Source: an uncultured Verrucomicrobiota bacterium (GTDB lineage Bacteria > Verrucomicrobiota > Verrucomicrobiia > JABWAM01). From it: a stretch of DNA of 64,000 nucleotides. The notes beneath the pieces were generated by a model. It did not search any database. It was not told where the DNA came from and was given only the letters and a program-made list of their open reading frames with translations. A program made the position numbers and the translations under genes. Location of the stretch: positions 6,292 through 70,291 of the forward strand of contig CAZZBZ010000006.1 of the NCBI GenBank assembly GCA_964653025.1. The letters are read 5' to 3'. Below are positions 27,963-38,007 of this stretch, one piece after another. Position 1 is the first letter of the stretch. Each line of letters starts with the position of its first letter.

Positions 27963-29891
27963 TCAAGGAGGCGGCGCGGCGTGGGCTGCGGATTCCCACC
28001 GCCCGTTGAGCAACCCGAGCGATTCGGTCAGCCCCATGAGTTCGCGATTGATCTCGACGATATTTCCGGAGGCATAGGTGGTCGGATCCTCCATCAGCGC
28101 GGTGAGTTCCTTTTGTCGATTTTCCAGGGCCAGGATCTCGGCCTCGAGAGAGGCCACTTTCTGTGCGTGCTCCTTGTTTTGGAGGGAATGGGCCTGGCGC
28201 TTCTCGGCATCGAGTCGGCGCTGCGCTTTCGTGCTGGCCCGCGGGGCGGGTCCTTCTTTCGGATGGGCGGACGGGAGGGAGGTTTTTCGCGCCGTCAGGG
28301 CCGAGCGTTCCGAGACCGCCTGCGACCGGTCGAGGTAGTATTGGTAGTCGCCCGCGTAAGGGGTGAGTTTGCCGTCGGCGATGTGCAGCACCTTTGTGGC
28401 GATGGCGCGGATAAAGTAGACGTCATGCGAGATGAAGACCAGGGTCCCCTCGAACTGCTTCAGTGCCCCGACCAGGGCATCGATGCTCGCCATGTCCAGG
28501 TGGGTGGTGGGCTCGTCCATCAACAAAAGATTGGGCGGATCGAGGAGAAATTTGACGAGGGCCAGGCGACTTTTCTCCCCGCCGCTGAGCACGGAGACCT
28601 TCTTGAAAACCTCGTCGCCGCGAAAGAGAAAAGAACCCAAGACGCTTCGAACGGTTTGCTCGGAGATGCGCTGGGGGGTGTCGAGCGCTTCATCCAGGGC
28701 CGAACGCGATCCGTCCAACGTGTCAATGCGATACTGTGCGTAGTAACCCATGCGGGTATTGTGGCCCAATGAGCGCCGTCCCTGTTGAAAGGGAACAATC
28801 CCGGCCAGGATCTTGAGCAAGGTGGATTTCCCGGCCCCGTTGGGTCCCACCAAGACCACACGCTGGCCGCGCTCGGTTTCGAAATTCAAGCCGCGGTAAA
28901 CGACATGCTCCCCGTAGGCTTGGTGGATGCCTTCCAGGGTGATGACACGCTGGCCGCTGCGCGGCGGCTGGGGAAAGCGAAACTTGATCGTCTTGTCATG
29001 GCGCGTGGGAGCCTCGATCTTCTCCATGCGCTCGATCTGGCGCAGCTTGCTCTGGGCCTGGGACGCCTTGCTCGCCTTGGCGCGAAAGCGATCGGCAAAA
29101 GTCTGGAGGGACTGGATTTCCTTCTGCTGGTTTTTGTAAGCGGCCTCGTGCTGCTCCTCCCGCGCCGCCGATTGCTCGACGTAGGAATCGTAGTTGCCGC
29201 GGTAGCGATGGAGTTTACCGTGCTGGATGGCGATGATCGTGTCAGAGAGGCGGTTCAGGAATTCCCGGTCGTGGGAGATCATGAAAATCGCGCCCGGGTA
29301 ACCCATCAGGTAGTTCTGGAACCAGAGCAGCGCATCCAAGTCCAGGTGGTTGGTCGGCTCGTCGAGCAGGAGCAGGTCCGGTTCCTGGACGAGTAGCCGC
29401 GCCAGATGGGCGCGCATGACCCAGCCGCCGCTCATCTCGCGGGCGCGTCGGTGAAAATCGCCCTCGCGGAAGGCGAGGCCCGACAGGATGCGCTTGGCCT
29501 TCGGTTCGGTGCTGTGGCCGCCAAGCTCGGTGAAGCGCGCGTGGGTCTGGTGGTAGTCCTCGCTGTCTTCAAGCCCGCGGGCCTCATGCTCCCGCATGGC
29601 CCGTCGCAGCCCGGTCATCTCGGTGCAGGTGCTGGTCGCCAACTCCAGCACGGTCTCGTCGCCGCAGGGCGCGCTCTCTTGGGGAAGATGGCCCACCGAA
29701 ACCCCCGGATCGAAGAGGATCGTCCCCTCATCAGGTGAGATCTCCCGTAACATCAGGGAAAAGAGCGTGGTCTTCCCCGCACCGTTGGGTCCAACCAGGC
29801 CGATCCGATCGGCATCGTTGACCTGCACCGACGCTTCCTCGAAGAGGGTGCGCGCGCCGTAGGCCTTGGTGACTCCTGAAATAGTGAGCAT
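27963..29891 (-). CDS. ABC-F family ATPase (translation-factor type, EttA/Uup-like)
   Basis: It has two ABC domains: GPNGAGKTT, LSGG..., GPNGAGKST, LSGGEKSRL. There are no TM domains. A linker and a C-terminal coiled-coil are present. ATG 29891 (MLTISGVTKAYG) is chosen over 29930. Confidence 0.85.
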   Translation of the reverse strand: MLTISGVTKAYGARTLFEEASVQVNDADRIGLVGPNGAGKTTLFSLMLREISPDEGTILFDPGVSVGHLPQESAPCGDETVLELATSTCTEMTGLRRAMREHEARGLEDSEDYHQTHARFTELGGHSTEPKAKRILSGLAFREGDFHRRAREMSGGWVMRAHLARLLVQEPDLLLLDEPTNHLDLDALLWFQNYLMGYPGAIFMISHDREFLNRLSDTIIAIQHGKLHRYRGNYDSYVEQSAAREEQHEAAYKNQQKEIQSLQTFADRFRAKASKASQAQSKLRQIERMEKIEAPTRHDKTIKFRFPQPPRSGQRVITLEGIHQAYGEHVVYRGLNFETERGQRVVLVGPNGAGKSTLLKILAGIVPFQQGRRSLGHNTRMGYYAQYRIDTLDGSRSALDEALDTPQRISEQTVRSVLGSFLFRGDEVFKKVSVLSGGEKSRLALVKFLLDPPNLLLMDEPTTHLDMASIDALVGALKQFEGTLVFISHDVYFIRAIATKVLHIADGKLTPYAGDYQYYLDRSQAVSERSALTARKTSLPSAHPKEGPAPRASTKAQRRLDAEKRQAHSLQNKEHAQKVASLEAEILALENRQKELTALMEDPTTYASGNIVEINRELMGLTESLGLLNGRWESAAHAAPPP

Positions 29892-30035
29892 GGGGGCCGC
29901 AGACCATAGCGGGGCGTTGGAAAAATGCAACGCGCCCGAGCCCGGAAGGGATCATCCGTCCTGGCGCGAACTTTTCGGCCGCCGACGCGGAATTCTTGAA
30001 GAAGTGCCACGGGAGGGACGCTAGACTCCTCCTCC

Positions 30036-30950
30036 ATGCAGGACCCGCGCATGATCTATGTGGTCGGACCGACCGCCGTCGGCAAGAGCGAGGTCGGGGT
30101 CGAACTGGCCCTGCGCCTCGGGGGGGAGATCGTCTCTGCCGACTCGATGCAGGTTTACCGGGGGATGAACCTCGGTACTGCGAAGCCGACCGCCCCAGAG
30201 CGGCGCGGGGTGCCACACCACATGATTGACGCGCTCGACGTGGGGGAGCAATGCGACGTGGCGCGGTTCCGCCAGATGGCCCTCGAAGCGGCATGCGGGA
30301 TCGCGGCACGCGGCCGCCTGCCGATTGTCGTCGGGGGGACCGGTCTCTATGTGCGCGCGCTGGCGCACGGGATTTTCGAGGGGCCGGGGCGGAACGAAGC
30401 CCTACGCGCAAGGTTCGAGGCGCTGTCTTCGGAAGAGTTATGGTTGCGCCTTGAAAAGGTTGATCCCGTGGCGGCCGTGAGAATGACGGATCGTAACCGC
30501 CGGCGCATGGTCCGTGCGCTGGAGTTTTTTGAGATGACGGGGCGGCCGATCTCCGAGGTGCAGACCCAGTGGGCTGCGGCAGAGGCGCCCCCGATCTTTG
30601 GCCTCGCTCGCGAGCGGGATGACCTTCGGAGGAGGTGCGACGCCCGCGTGGAGCGGATGTTTGCGCGGGGTTTTGTGGACGAGGTGCGTGCCCTGATGGC
30701 TCGCGGGCTCGCGGCCAGCCCGACTGCCGCGAAGGCCATTGGCTATGCGGATGTCCTGGGGTTCCTCGAAGGAAAAGCGAACGAGAAAGATCTCGTGGGG
30801 GCGATCCAGCGGCGGACATGGCAGTACGCGCGGCGGCAGATGACCTGGTTTCGCCGCGAGACGGGGATTGTGTGGATCGCATGCGCCGTGGAGGAGTCCC
30901 CCGTAGTCATTGCCGACAGGATCGCGGCCGCCCTTCCCGCGGCCCGTTGA
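30036..30950 (+). CDS. miaA: tRNA dimethylallyltransferase
   Basis: The P-loop GPTAVGKSE is present. The DSMQVYRGM block is present. The whole 304 aa is collinear with MiaA. Confidence 0.85.
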   Translation: MQDPRMIYVVGPTAVGKSEVGVELALRLGGEIVSADSMQVYRGMNLGTAKPTAPERRGVPHHMIDALDVGEQCDVARFRQMALEAACGIAARGRLPIVVGGTGLYVRALAHGIFEGPGRNEALRARFEALSSEELWLRLEKVDPVAAVRMTDRNRRRMVRALEFFEMTGRPISEVQTQWAAAEAPPIFGLARERDDLRRRCDARVERMFARGFVDEVRALMARGLAASPTAAKAIGYADVLGFLEGKANEKDLVGAIQRRTWQYARRQMTWFRRETGIVWIACAVEESPVVIADRIAAALPAAR

Positions 30951-31062
30951 CACTCCGCGGGACAGGGGATTAACCTTTGGGGAGATTTGTTTTCGACCGC
31001 GCCCTCTAAAAACGCTCCCACCCCGACTTTTGAAGAAACTTCCCGTGAGAATCTCTACCTCC

Positions 31063-31695
31063 ATGCTTGGGCTTGTCCTTGTGGCTGAGTTGGCGTGGAG
31101 CGTTGGGGTCGGCGTGGTAGACCCGAAGCAATCCGCGGTGTCCTACTCCGCGCCCGTGCCCGTCGCGGAACCGACCGGTTTTCGTGAGTGGCAGTATCTC
31201 GTCATTCACCACAGCGGCTCCTCGGCGGGGAATGTGGCCATGATCCAGGCCGAGCACCTTCGTCGCGGGATGGAAAACGGGATGGCCTACCATTTCCTGA
31301 TCGGCAATGGCAGCGTCGGGTTGGGCGATGGCGAGGTCGCCGAGGGGCGGCGCTGGAAGTACCAGTTGCAGGGCGGGCACGCGCACCAGGAGCCGCTGAA
31401 CGAGGTGGGAATCGGTATCTGCCTCGTGGGCAACTTTAATCGCACCACGCCGACCGAGGCGCAGATGCGCGCCCTCGCGAACCTGGTCCTGCGCCTCCAG
31501 CGAGACTTCAACATTGCCGACGAGGGCATCCATGGGCACGGCCAGTACTTCGGCGAGGATAGCGACTGTCCCGGTCGAAACTTTAGTTGGGATCGATTCT
31601 GGAATCATCTCGATCTGGCCCACGAGCGTGAGTTTAGCCCGCGCGCGGGACCCCTCGCCGCGGGGGTGCCACCTCCCACACCCAAGGCCCCATGA
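31063..31695 (+). CDS. N-acetylmuramoyl-L-alanine amidase, Amidase_2/PGRP family
   Basis: The YLVIHHSG motif is present. A Zn-ligand His is present. The motif DCPGRNF is the family's conserved Cys. There is an N-terminal TM/signal segment. The ORF track begins earlier, at 30910, which overlaps miaA. Confidence 0.7.
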   Translation: MLGLVLVAELAWSVGVGVVDPKQSAVSYSAPVPVAEPTGFREWQYLVIHHSGSSAGNVAMIQAEHLRRGMENGMAYHFLIGNGSVGLGDGEVAEGRRWKYQLQGGHAHQEPLNEVGIGICLVGNFNRTTPTEAQMRALANLVLRLQRDFNIADEGIHGHGQYFGEDSDCPGRNFSWDRFWNHLDLAHEREFSPRAGPLAAGVPPPTPKAP

Positions 31696-32417
31696 GCGAC
31701 CCGTCTCCCACCCCGAGGGGATTGCTCATTCGCGAGATGTCGAAGGATGAGATGCCGAGGGAGAAGCTCGAGAAGTACGGGCCGGATACCCTTTCGGACG
31801 CGGAACTGGTGGCGATCCTTTTGCGGACCGGTCGGAAGGGGCGATCAGTCGTGGATATCGCACGGGATCTTGTCGAGGAGAGCGGGGGACTTGCGCAACT
31901 CGCCCGCCGCACCCCGAAAGAACTCCAGTCCCTTTCTGGAATCGGGCCGGCCAAGGCGGTGACGCTTGTCGCCGCACTGGCCCTCCATGCGAGAATTGTG
32001 GGCAAGCAGATGGAACGTGCCCTGCTCGATCGTCCCGAGAGCATCGCGGAGTACATGCGTCCCATCGTGCGCGACCTTCCGGTGGAGGTGCTCTTCGGGG
32101 TACCGCTTGACGCCCAGTTAAGGACCATGCGCCACTATCAGGTCACGAGAGGGTTGGCGAACCAGACCCTCATCCACGCGCGGGAGGTGTATCGCCCGGC
32201 GATCGCTTGCGGGGCGGCGCACCTTGTGCTCGTCCACAACCACCCGAGCGGGGACCCGAAGCCGAGTGCCGACGACATTCGTGCCACGCGCGAGATGGCG
32301 GAGGCGGGTCGTCTCCTTGGTATCCCGCTTCTTGATCACGTGATCCTTGGCACTCCGAGCCCGATGAACCCCGCCGGCTTTGTGAGCCTCAAACAGATGG
32401 GCGTGATCGGGGGGTAA
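31692..32417 (+). CDS. radC: RadC-like JAB/MPN-domain protein (UPF0758)
   Basis: There is a HhH N-terminal region. The JAMM motif HNHPSGDPKPSADD is present. Confidence 0.8.
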   Translation: MSDPSPTPRGLLIREMSKDEMPREKLEKYGPDTLSDAELVAILLRTGRKGRSVVDIARDLVEESGGLAQLARRTPKELQSLSGIGPAKAVTLVAALALHARIVGKQMERALLDRPESIAEYMRPIVRDLPVEVLFGVPLDAQLRTMRHYQVTRGLANQTLIHAREVYRPAIACGAAHLVLVHNHPSGDPKPSADDIRATREMAEAGRLLGIPLLDHVILGTPSPMNPAGFVSLKQMGVIGG

Positions 32418-32473
32418 CCAGAAAAGCCCCGCGCTTCAGGGGTGGGGCGGAATCGCCGACCCCCCCGTGCTGG

Positions 32474-32653
32474 CTAGTACTGCATCGCACCGCCGCCCAT
32501 TGGGGTGGAGCGCTCCCACTTCGAGGGGGTGTTCCATGGCAGGGTGGAGATGTTGGTCTTCTCGGGCTCGTCTTTTGGCGTGGACGCGCAGCCGCCGAGA
32601 AAAAGCGGTGCGAGGGCGAGGGCCATGCAGGCGAGGAAGATGCGGAGTTTCAT
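32474..32653 (-). CDS. Small putative lipoprotein
   Basis: The sequence is MKLRIFLACMALALAPLFLGGCASTPK..., which has a signal peptide plus a lipobox (LGGC). It is 59 aa. There is no convincing SD. Confidence 0.4.
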   Translation of the reverse strand: MKLRIFLACMALALAPLFLGGCASTPKDEPEKTNISTLPWNTPSKWERSTPMGGGAMQY

Positions 32654-32700
32654 GAGAGGCAGTAAGGCGGGGGCGTCGCCCCCTAATCTGCAACCAGCAA

Positions 32701-33465
32701 TCAAAATGTGACCGTGTCGCCTTCCAGCGGGGGAGCCTGCTGCCAGTCGGCGAGGATGTCGGCGATGGCGATGGAGGGTTCCACCGAGGTGACCTTGATC
32801 TTACCGACCAGCTTCCCGTCCCGGTAGATGATCATCGAGGCGTTCTCGACCACGCCGTCGTTGGAACCGATGTCGAGGACCACGAAGTTCCAGTCCGGAT
32901 TTACGGCCATGATATGGCCGGTGAGGCCGTCGGGCATCTTGCCGCCACGGCGGCGCGCGGCCTGCTCTTCGAGCTTCTTCTTCTCGCCGTCGAGCTTGGT
33001 GAGCTGGTCTTTGAGGATATTCTTTTCCTGGTCGAGCGTGGTAAACTGGGTCTGCAGTTCCTGGAGCTTGTCCTTTACCTGTTCGATCGTCATGCCCGGA
33101 GGAAGGGCCTTGACGTACTTCTCGATTTCCGCCTGCTTCGCGGTGAGGTCCTGCTGCACGGACTGGAGTTTTTGCTCGGCGGAGGCCGCCTTGGTCTTCA
33201 CGGACTCCAGGTCGCCGCGCGTCTTGTCCGCGGCTTCCTTGACCTCGGCGATCTCTTTGGTCTGCGACTGGATCTTTGCAAGGGCGGCCTGCTTGGCTTG
33301 CTCCTCGGCAGTCGCCCGCAGTTGAGCGGCGTTGGTGTCCGCGGTCTGCTTCTCGAGGCTTGCCTGCAACTCGGTCTTTTTGCCCTTGAGTTGAACTCCG
33401 GCGTAGATGGCACCGAGCCCGGCAACGATAGTGACGACCAAAAAGATGCGGGTGAGAAGCGACAT
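32701..33465 (-). CDS. Membrane-anchored coiled-coil protein with a C-terminal globular domain (hypothetical)
   Basis: There is an N-terminal TM helix. The long Ala/Gln/Lys/Glu-rich region is a heptad-like coiled-coil. The last roughly 70 aa are conserved-looking (GHIMAVNPDWNFVVLDIG...). Confidence 0.6.
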   Translation of the reverse strand: MSLLTRIFLVVTIVAGLGAIYAGVQLKGKKTELQASLEKQTADTNAAQLRATAEEQAKQAALAKIQSQTKEIAEVKEAADKTRGDLESVKTKAASAEQKLQSVQQDLTAKQAEIEKYVKALPPGMTIEQVKDKLQELQTQFTTLDQEKNILKDQLTKLDGEKKKLEEQAARRRGGKMPDGLTGHIMAVNPDWNFVVLDIGSNDGVVENASMIIYRDGKLVGKIKVTSVEPSIAIADILADWQQAPPLEGDTVTF

Positions 33466-33596
33466 AAGCGTCAGATTGCGAGGGATTTAGGGGAAACTAG
33501 TCAAAAGCCCCGAAGGTTGTCAACGAGCATTCCCAAAGCTTATGCATGGCAGCGAACATTCACAAATTGATTGCGCACCCATGCGAGATCCGTCGA

Positions 33597-34265
33597 TCAA
33601 CGGCCTGCTTTCGAGGGTTTCGCTTTGCTGGCGGAGGGAGCGGGCTTCGGCGGCGGTACGGTTGGTGCCTCGAAGGGGTCTGCCGCCTGGACCTGCACGA
33701 GCACGGAGGCCGCGGCTTTCAATAGGGCATCCTCCCCGCGGAGGGTGTGATGCGTCCGCTTCTCCCTCCGAGCAATCGTCTGTACGCGAGCCGTTCCTCG
33801 ACTCTCGTCCACGTACCGGGCTGTCTCGATGCGTGTGGAGAACTCCCGTACCTCCAGCGAGGCCATGCTGCCGTAGCCGGAGAGCAGGCGATCGTGGAGG
33901 CTGCGAAGGTTCGTGGGGCCTTCCGGGCTTCGGACACAGTTCACGCTGGCGATGTCCACGTCGACCATCGAGAGGTAAAACCGCCCACGCAGGAGCGCCC
34001 AAGGGTCGTAGCGGACGGAAAGAGAACGAATTCCCAGAGCCATCGGGGTGCGGCAACTGTACGGGGAATTATTAATTGAGATGGCACAAGCATTGACGAG
34101 CGACGAGGAGAGGCGCAGATCCACCGACCCCACGGCACACGGGAGTCCGGTCACCCGTTCGAGTTCGCCCCGCAGGAGTCGTGCGCCAATCCAGTTACGC
34201 CCCAGTACCAGTCCGATGAGGACGAGCACCAACAGGAAAAAGATTCGAAACAGCCAGCGAAACAT
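33597..34265 (-). CDS. Hypothetical membrane-anchored protein (AsmA N-terminal-like)
   Basis: MFRWLFRIFFLLVLVLIGLVLG is an N-terminal TM helix (ATG 34265). The remainder is soluble with an Ala/Pro/Lys tail. Confidence 0.5.
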   Translation of the reverse strand: MFRWLFRIFFLLVLVLIGLVLGRNWIGARLLRGELERVTGLPCAVGSVDLRLSSSLVNACAISINNSPYSCRTPMALGIRSLSVRYDPWALLRGRFYLSMVDVDIASVNCVRSPEGPTNLRSLHDRLLSGYGSMASLEVREFSTRIETARYVDESRGTARVQTIARREKRTHHTLRGEDALLKAAASVLVQVQAADPFEAPTVPPPKPAPSASKAKPSKAGR

Positions 34266-34326
34266 GGGGATTCGGGAGTTGCGGGATGATTCGACGGAGA
34301 AAACGTGATGCCAAGCCAAATGTGGA

Positions 34327-34355
34327 CTCCCCCTCGCAATGGGGAGATCCTTTTT
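34327..34355 (+). terminator. Intrinsic-terminator-like hairpin plus T5 on the + strand, with no upstream + strand gene
   Basis: CTCCCC-ctcgcaat-GGGGAG is followed by ATCCTTTTTCGC. It lies in the divergent region between minus-strand gene 33597..34265 and the SDR operon. Confidence 0.4.
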
Positions 34356-34367
34356 CGCAACTACTCA

Positions 34368-34454
34368 GGTTCACGGTTCAGAGGTTCAACGGTTCACGGT
34401 CGGGAATCTCGTTAGAAAATGATCGGCAACCGTTGAACCGTGAACCGTTGAACC
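34368..34454. promoter_or_regulatory. Array of TTCA(A)CGG repeats arranged as an extended inverted repeat
   Basis: The left arm is GGTTCACGGTTCAGAGGTTCAACGGTTCACGG (34368..34399). After a 30-nt spacer, the right arm is CCGTTGAACCGTGAACCGTTGAACC (34430..34454), the reverse complement of the same unit. It lies about 65 nt upstream of the SDR/CoA-transferase/thiolase operon. A related copy is at 40449..40517. Confidence 0.6.
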
Positions 34455-34518
34455 CAACAACCCGAGCAGTTACCCTTTTTCGTTGAAAAGGGTCCGCTCG
34501 GAGGGCGACACTTCTTCC

Positions 34519-35280
34519 ATGTCTATTTCGATTGATCTCACCGGAAAGACAGTGCTCGTCACCGGCGCCTCGCAGGGCATCGGGGCGCAGATCGCGCGCA
34601 CCTTCCACCGCGCCGGCGCCGCGGTGGTCCTGAACCACCCCGGTCTTGAGGGCCCGCGCGCCGATGCCACCCGCCTCGCCGAGGAACTCAACGCCGCGCG
34701 TCCCGGAAGCGCCGAAGAGGCTGCCGCCGACATTTCGGATGCAGGGGCCGTTCGCGCGATGATGGAATCCCTCCGCGCCCGGCGGGGAGGGATCGACTTC
34801 CTCGTCAACAACGCCGCGATCATTCGCGACCGGACCATCGCGAAGATGTCCCTTGAGGATTGGGGTGCCGTGGTCGGGGTAAACCTTTCCGGGGTTTTCC
34901 ACTGCTGCAAGTATGGGCTGGAGATCATGCGCGACGGCGGCGCCATCGTGAGCCTTGGGAGCATCGCCGCCCTCCAGGGGTTCTACGGACAGGCCAACTA
35001 CGCCGCCGCCAAGGCCGGCGTGCAGGCGATGATGCGCGTCCTCAGTCGCGAGTGCGCCCGTCGGGGCATTCGCGTGAATGCCATTGCCCCCGGGGTCGTC
35101 GAAACAGCCATGGCCGCCACCATCCCTGCGGAGGTGCGCGCCGAGATGCTCAAGAACGTCCCGCTGCGCCGCTTCGGCGACCCGTCGGAAATCGCGAATG
35201 TCGCCCTGTTCCTCTGCTCTCCGCTGGCGTCCTACGTCACGGGGCAGACGATCGAGGTCAATGGAGGTTGGCGCGGGTGA
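34519..35280 (+). CDS. SDR-family oxidoreductase (3-oxoacyl/3-hydroxyacyl reductase-like)
   Basis: The glycine motif TGASQGIG is present. The NNAAI block is present. The catalytic YxxxK is in YAAAK. Confidence 0.85.
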   Translation: MSISIDLTGKTVLVTGASQGIGAQIARTFHRAGAAVVLNHPGLEGPRADATRLAEELNAARPGSAEEAAADISDAGAVRAMMESLRARRGGIDFLVNNAAIIRDRTIAKMSLEDWGAVVGVNLSGVFHCCKYGLEIMRDGGAIVSLGSIAALQGFYGQANYAAAKAGVQAMMRVLSRECARRGIRVNAIAPGVVETAMAATIPAEVRAEMLKNVPLRRFGDPSEIANVALFLCSPLASYVTGQTIEVNGGWRG

Positions 35281-36803
35281 GAGGCGCGGCCCGGATCGTT
35301 TCCGCGGCGGAGGCGGTGGCGATGATCCCCGCCGGTGCCACCGTGGCGGTCAGCGGTTTTGTGGGCTCGGGGCACCCCGAACTGCTCACGGCGGCGCTGG
35401 AGAAGCGTTTTCTCGGGAGCGGCACGCCCCACGACCTCACGCTCGTTTACGCCGCGGGGCAGGGGGATCGCGACCGACGCGGCCTCAACCACCTCGCACA
35501 CCCCGGGCTCCTCAAGCGCGTGGTCGGTGGGCACTGGAACCTCGCCCCCCGTCTCGGGAAACTCGCCATGGAGAACCGGATCGAGGCCTACAACCTTCCG
35601 CAGGGAGTCCTCTGTGCCCTCTTCCGCGAAATCGCCGCGAAACGCCCAGGCGTGATCACGCGCGTGGGCCTCCACACCCTCGTGGATCCGAAGAACGGCG
35701 GCGGGCGCCTCAACGAAAGTACCGTCGAGCATCTCGTTGAGCGGATCACCCTCGGCGGGCAGGAATGGCTCTGGTATCGCGCCTTCCCGATCCATGTAGC
35801 GCTCATCCGCGCCAGTACCGCCGACCGCCGCGGAAACCTCGCGCTCGATCGCGAGGCGATTGTCGGCGAGGTGCTCCCCCTCGCCCAGGCTGCGAGGAAT
35901 TGCGGCGGGATCGTCATCGCCCAGGTCGAGCGCCTCGTGGATCGCATCCCCGACCCGAAGTCCGTGCGCGTTCCCGGGATTCTCGTGGATGATCTCGTCC
36001 TCTCCGAAGGGGAAGGGCACGACCAGACCTTCGCGGAGCCCTTCAACGAGGCCTACGTCACCGCCGGGCCTCCTCCCGCCGCGCCGCCGCCGCTCCCCTT
36101 CTCCGAGCGAAAGATCATCGGGCGGCGCACCCTTGCGGAAATTGCGAAGGGCGACCTCGTGAACCTCGGTATCGGCCTTCCGGAGGCGGTCGCCGCCGTC
36201 GCTGCCGAGGAAGGAAGGCTCGAGGATTTCACACTGACCGTCGAGAGCGGGCCGATCGGGGGGATTCCTGCCGGTGGATTGAGCTTCGGTTGCAGCGCCT
36301 GGACGGAAGCGGTGGTGGACCAGCCCGCGCAGTTCGATTTCTACGACGGTGGCGGACTGGATTTCGCGGCGCTCGGCGCCATCGAGGTGGACGCTGAGGG
36401 CAGCGTCAACGTGACCAGCTTTGCGGGGCGGTTTGCCGGCGTGGGTGGATTCATCAACATCAGCCAGAATGCGAAGCGGCTCGTCTTCTGCTTCAGCTTT
36501 CGCGCGGGCGACCTCGAGGTGGACGCCGAGGGGGGGTGCCTTCGGATCGTGAGGGAAGGCCAGTATCCCAAGTGGGTGAAGCGTGTTGCCCAGGTCGGTT
36601 TTCATGGCCCCTCCGCCCTCGCGCGCGGCCAGCAGGTCCTCTACGTCACCGAGCGGGCCGTGTTCGAGCTCACCCCGAAGGGCGTGGAGTTGCGCGAGGT
36701 CGCGCCGGGCGTTGACCTGAAGGCCTCGGTGCTCGATCTGATGGCCTTCGCCCCCGTGGTGGGTTCCCCCAAACTGATGCCTGCCTCCTGTTTTCATAAG
36801 TGA
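35277..36803 (+). CDS. Acyl-CoA:acetate/3-ketoacid CoA-transferase (family I, YdiF-like)
   Basis: The GTG start overlaps the SDR stop (GTGA). The N-terminus is [23 protein letters not shown], which compares with VLSAQEAVNYIPDEATLCVLG in YdiF. The length is 508 aa. The large minus-strand ORF 35232..37082 here is spurious. Confidence 0.8.
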   Translation: MRGAARIVSAAEAVAMIPAGATVAVSGFVGSGHPELLTAALEKRFLGSGTPHDLTLVYAAGQGDRDRRGLNHLAHPGLLKRVVGGHWNLAPRLGKLAMENRIEAYNLPQGVLCALFREIAAKRPGVITRVGLHTLVDPKNGGGRLNESTVEHLVERITLGGQEWLWYRAFPIHVALIRASTADRRGNLALDREAIVGEVLPLAQAARNCGGIVIAQVERLVDRIPDPKSVRVPGILVDDLVLSEGEGHDQTFAEPFNEAYVTAGPPPAAPPPLPFSERKIIGRRTLAEIAKGDLVNLGIGLPEAVAAVAAEEGRLEDFTLTVESGPIGGIPAGGLSFGCSAWTEAVVDQPAQFDFYDGGGLDFAALGAIEVDAEGSVNVTSFAGRFAGVGGFINISQNAKRLVFCFSFRAGDLEVDAEGGCLRIVREGQYPKWVKRVAQVGFHGPSALARGQQVLYVTERAVFELTPKGVELREVAPGVDLKASVLDLMAFAPVVGSPKLMPASCFHK

Positions 36804-36822
36804 ACCCGAAAGGACATTTCCC

Positions 36823-37995
36823 ATGAAACTCTCCAAACCTGTCTTCATCGTTTCCGCCGCACGCTCGCCAATCGGACGCTTCGGTGGCGGCCTCAAGTCC
36901 GTCGGCCCCGTGGACCTTGCCGCGCATGTCGCAGCCTCGTTCCTCAAGCCAGAACTGGCCGCGCGCACCGGCTCGGTGATCCTCGGCCAGGTCCTCCAGG
37001 CGGGCAGTGGGATGAACGTGGCCCGCCAGATTTCCCTGCGCCTGGGCATCCCGCGGGAGACCCCCTCTTTCACCGTGAACATGGCGTGCGCCTCGGGCCT
37101 GAAGGCCGTGGCTCTCGGCGCCTCCGCGATCCAGGAGGGCGAGGCGGAACTTGCGCTCGCGGGCGGGGTCGAGTCGATGAGCCGCGCGCCGCACTATTCC
37201 TGGGGCATGCGCTGGGGGCACAAGCTCGGGGACGTGGCCCTCGCCGATGCGATTTTTGCCGATGGCCTCACCGACCCCACTCTCGGCCTCGCGATGGGGG
37301 AGACCGCCGAGCGGCTCGCGGAGCTTTACCGCGTGTCGAGGGCCGACCAGGACGCCTTCGCCCTCGAAAGCCAGCGCCGCGTGGCGACCGCCCGCGCCGC
37401 CTTTGCGCGGGAGATTGTCCCGTTCCCGTCGGATAAGGGGACCGTGGAGAAGGACGAGCACCCGCGCCCGGACACGACGCTGGAGAAGCTGGCGCAGCTC
37501 AAGCCGTCCTTTCGCAAGGAGGGCACCGTGACCGCTGGCAATTCCTCCGGCATCAACGACGGGGCCGCGCTCGTACTGCTTGCGGGGGAAGGCGCCGCGA
37601 ACCGTGCCGGCCTGCGCCCGCGGGCGAGGGTGATCGCGTGCTCCGCGGTGGGCTGCGACCCTGCCATCATGGGGATTGGCCCCGTCGGCGCGATCCGTGC
37701 CCTGTGTGCCGAGACCGGATGGGACCTCGACAAGGTGGATGCCGTGGAGATCAACGAGGCCTTTGCCGCACAGACGCTGGCGTGTGCGCGCGAGCTCAAA
37801 CTTCCCTTGGAGAAGCTCAACCGCCGCGGCGGCGCGATCGCCCTCGGTCACCCGATCGGCGGCAGTGGCGCGCGCGTGCTCGTGACCCTCCTCCATCTCA
37901 TGGAGGACCTGGGGCTGAAGCGCGGGATCGCCTCCCTCTGCGTGGGGGGTGGCATGGGCATCGCGATGGCCATCGAACGCGAGGCCATCGCGTGA
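36823..37995 (+). CDS. Acetyl-CoA C-acetyltransferase (thiolase)
   Basis: The N-terminus is VFIVSAARSPIGRFGG. The active-site Cys is in NMACASGL. The C-terminal CVGGGMGIA block is present. Confidence 0.9.
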   Translation: MKLSKPVFIVSAARSPIGRFGGGLKSVGPVDLAAHVAASFLKPELAARTGSVILGQVLQAGSGMNVARQISLRLGIPRETPSFTVNMACASGLKAVALGASAIQEGEAELALAGGVESMSRAPHYSWGMRWGHKLGDVALADAIFADGLTDPTLGLAMGETAERLAELYRVSRADQDAFALESQRRVATARAAFAREIVPFPSDKGTVEKDEHPRPDTTLEKLAQLKPSFRKEGTVTAGNSSGINDGAALVLLAGEGAANRAGLRPRARVIACSAVGCDPAIMGIGPVGAIRALCAETGWDLDKVDAVEINEAFAAQTLACARELKLPLEKLNRRGGAIALGHPIGGSGARVLVTLLHLMEDLGLKRGIASLCVGGGMGIAMAIEREAIA

Positions 37996-38007
37996 TTGAA
38001 GTTTTTT
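37963..38007 (+). terminator. Hairpin plus T6 at the end of the thiolase gene
   Basis: GCGATGGCC-(11 nt)-GGCCATCGC is a perfect 9-bp stem that overlaps the stop codon. GTGATTGAAG follows, then TTTTTT. Confidence 0.45.

Noticed and set aside
35232-37082. 616-aa minus-strand ORF antisense to the CoA-transferase and thiolase
   Set aside because: It is antisense to strongly supported genes and is Arg/Gly/Glu-rich junk.
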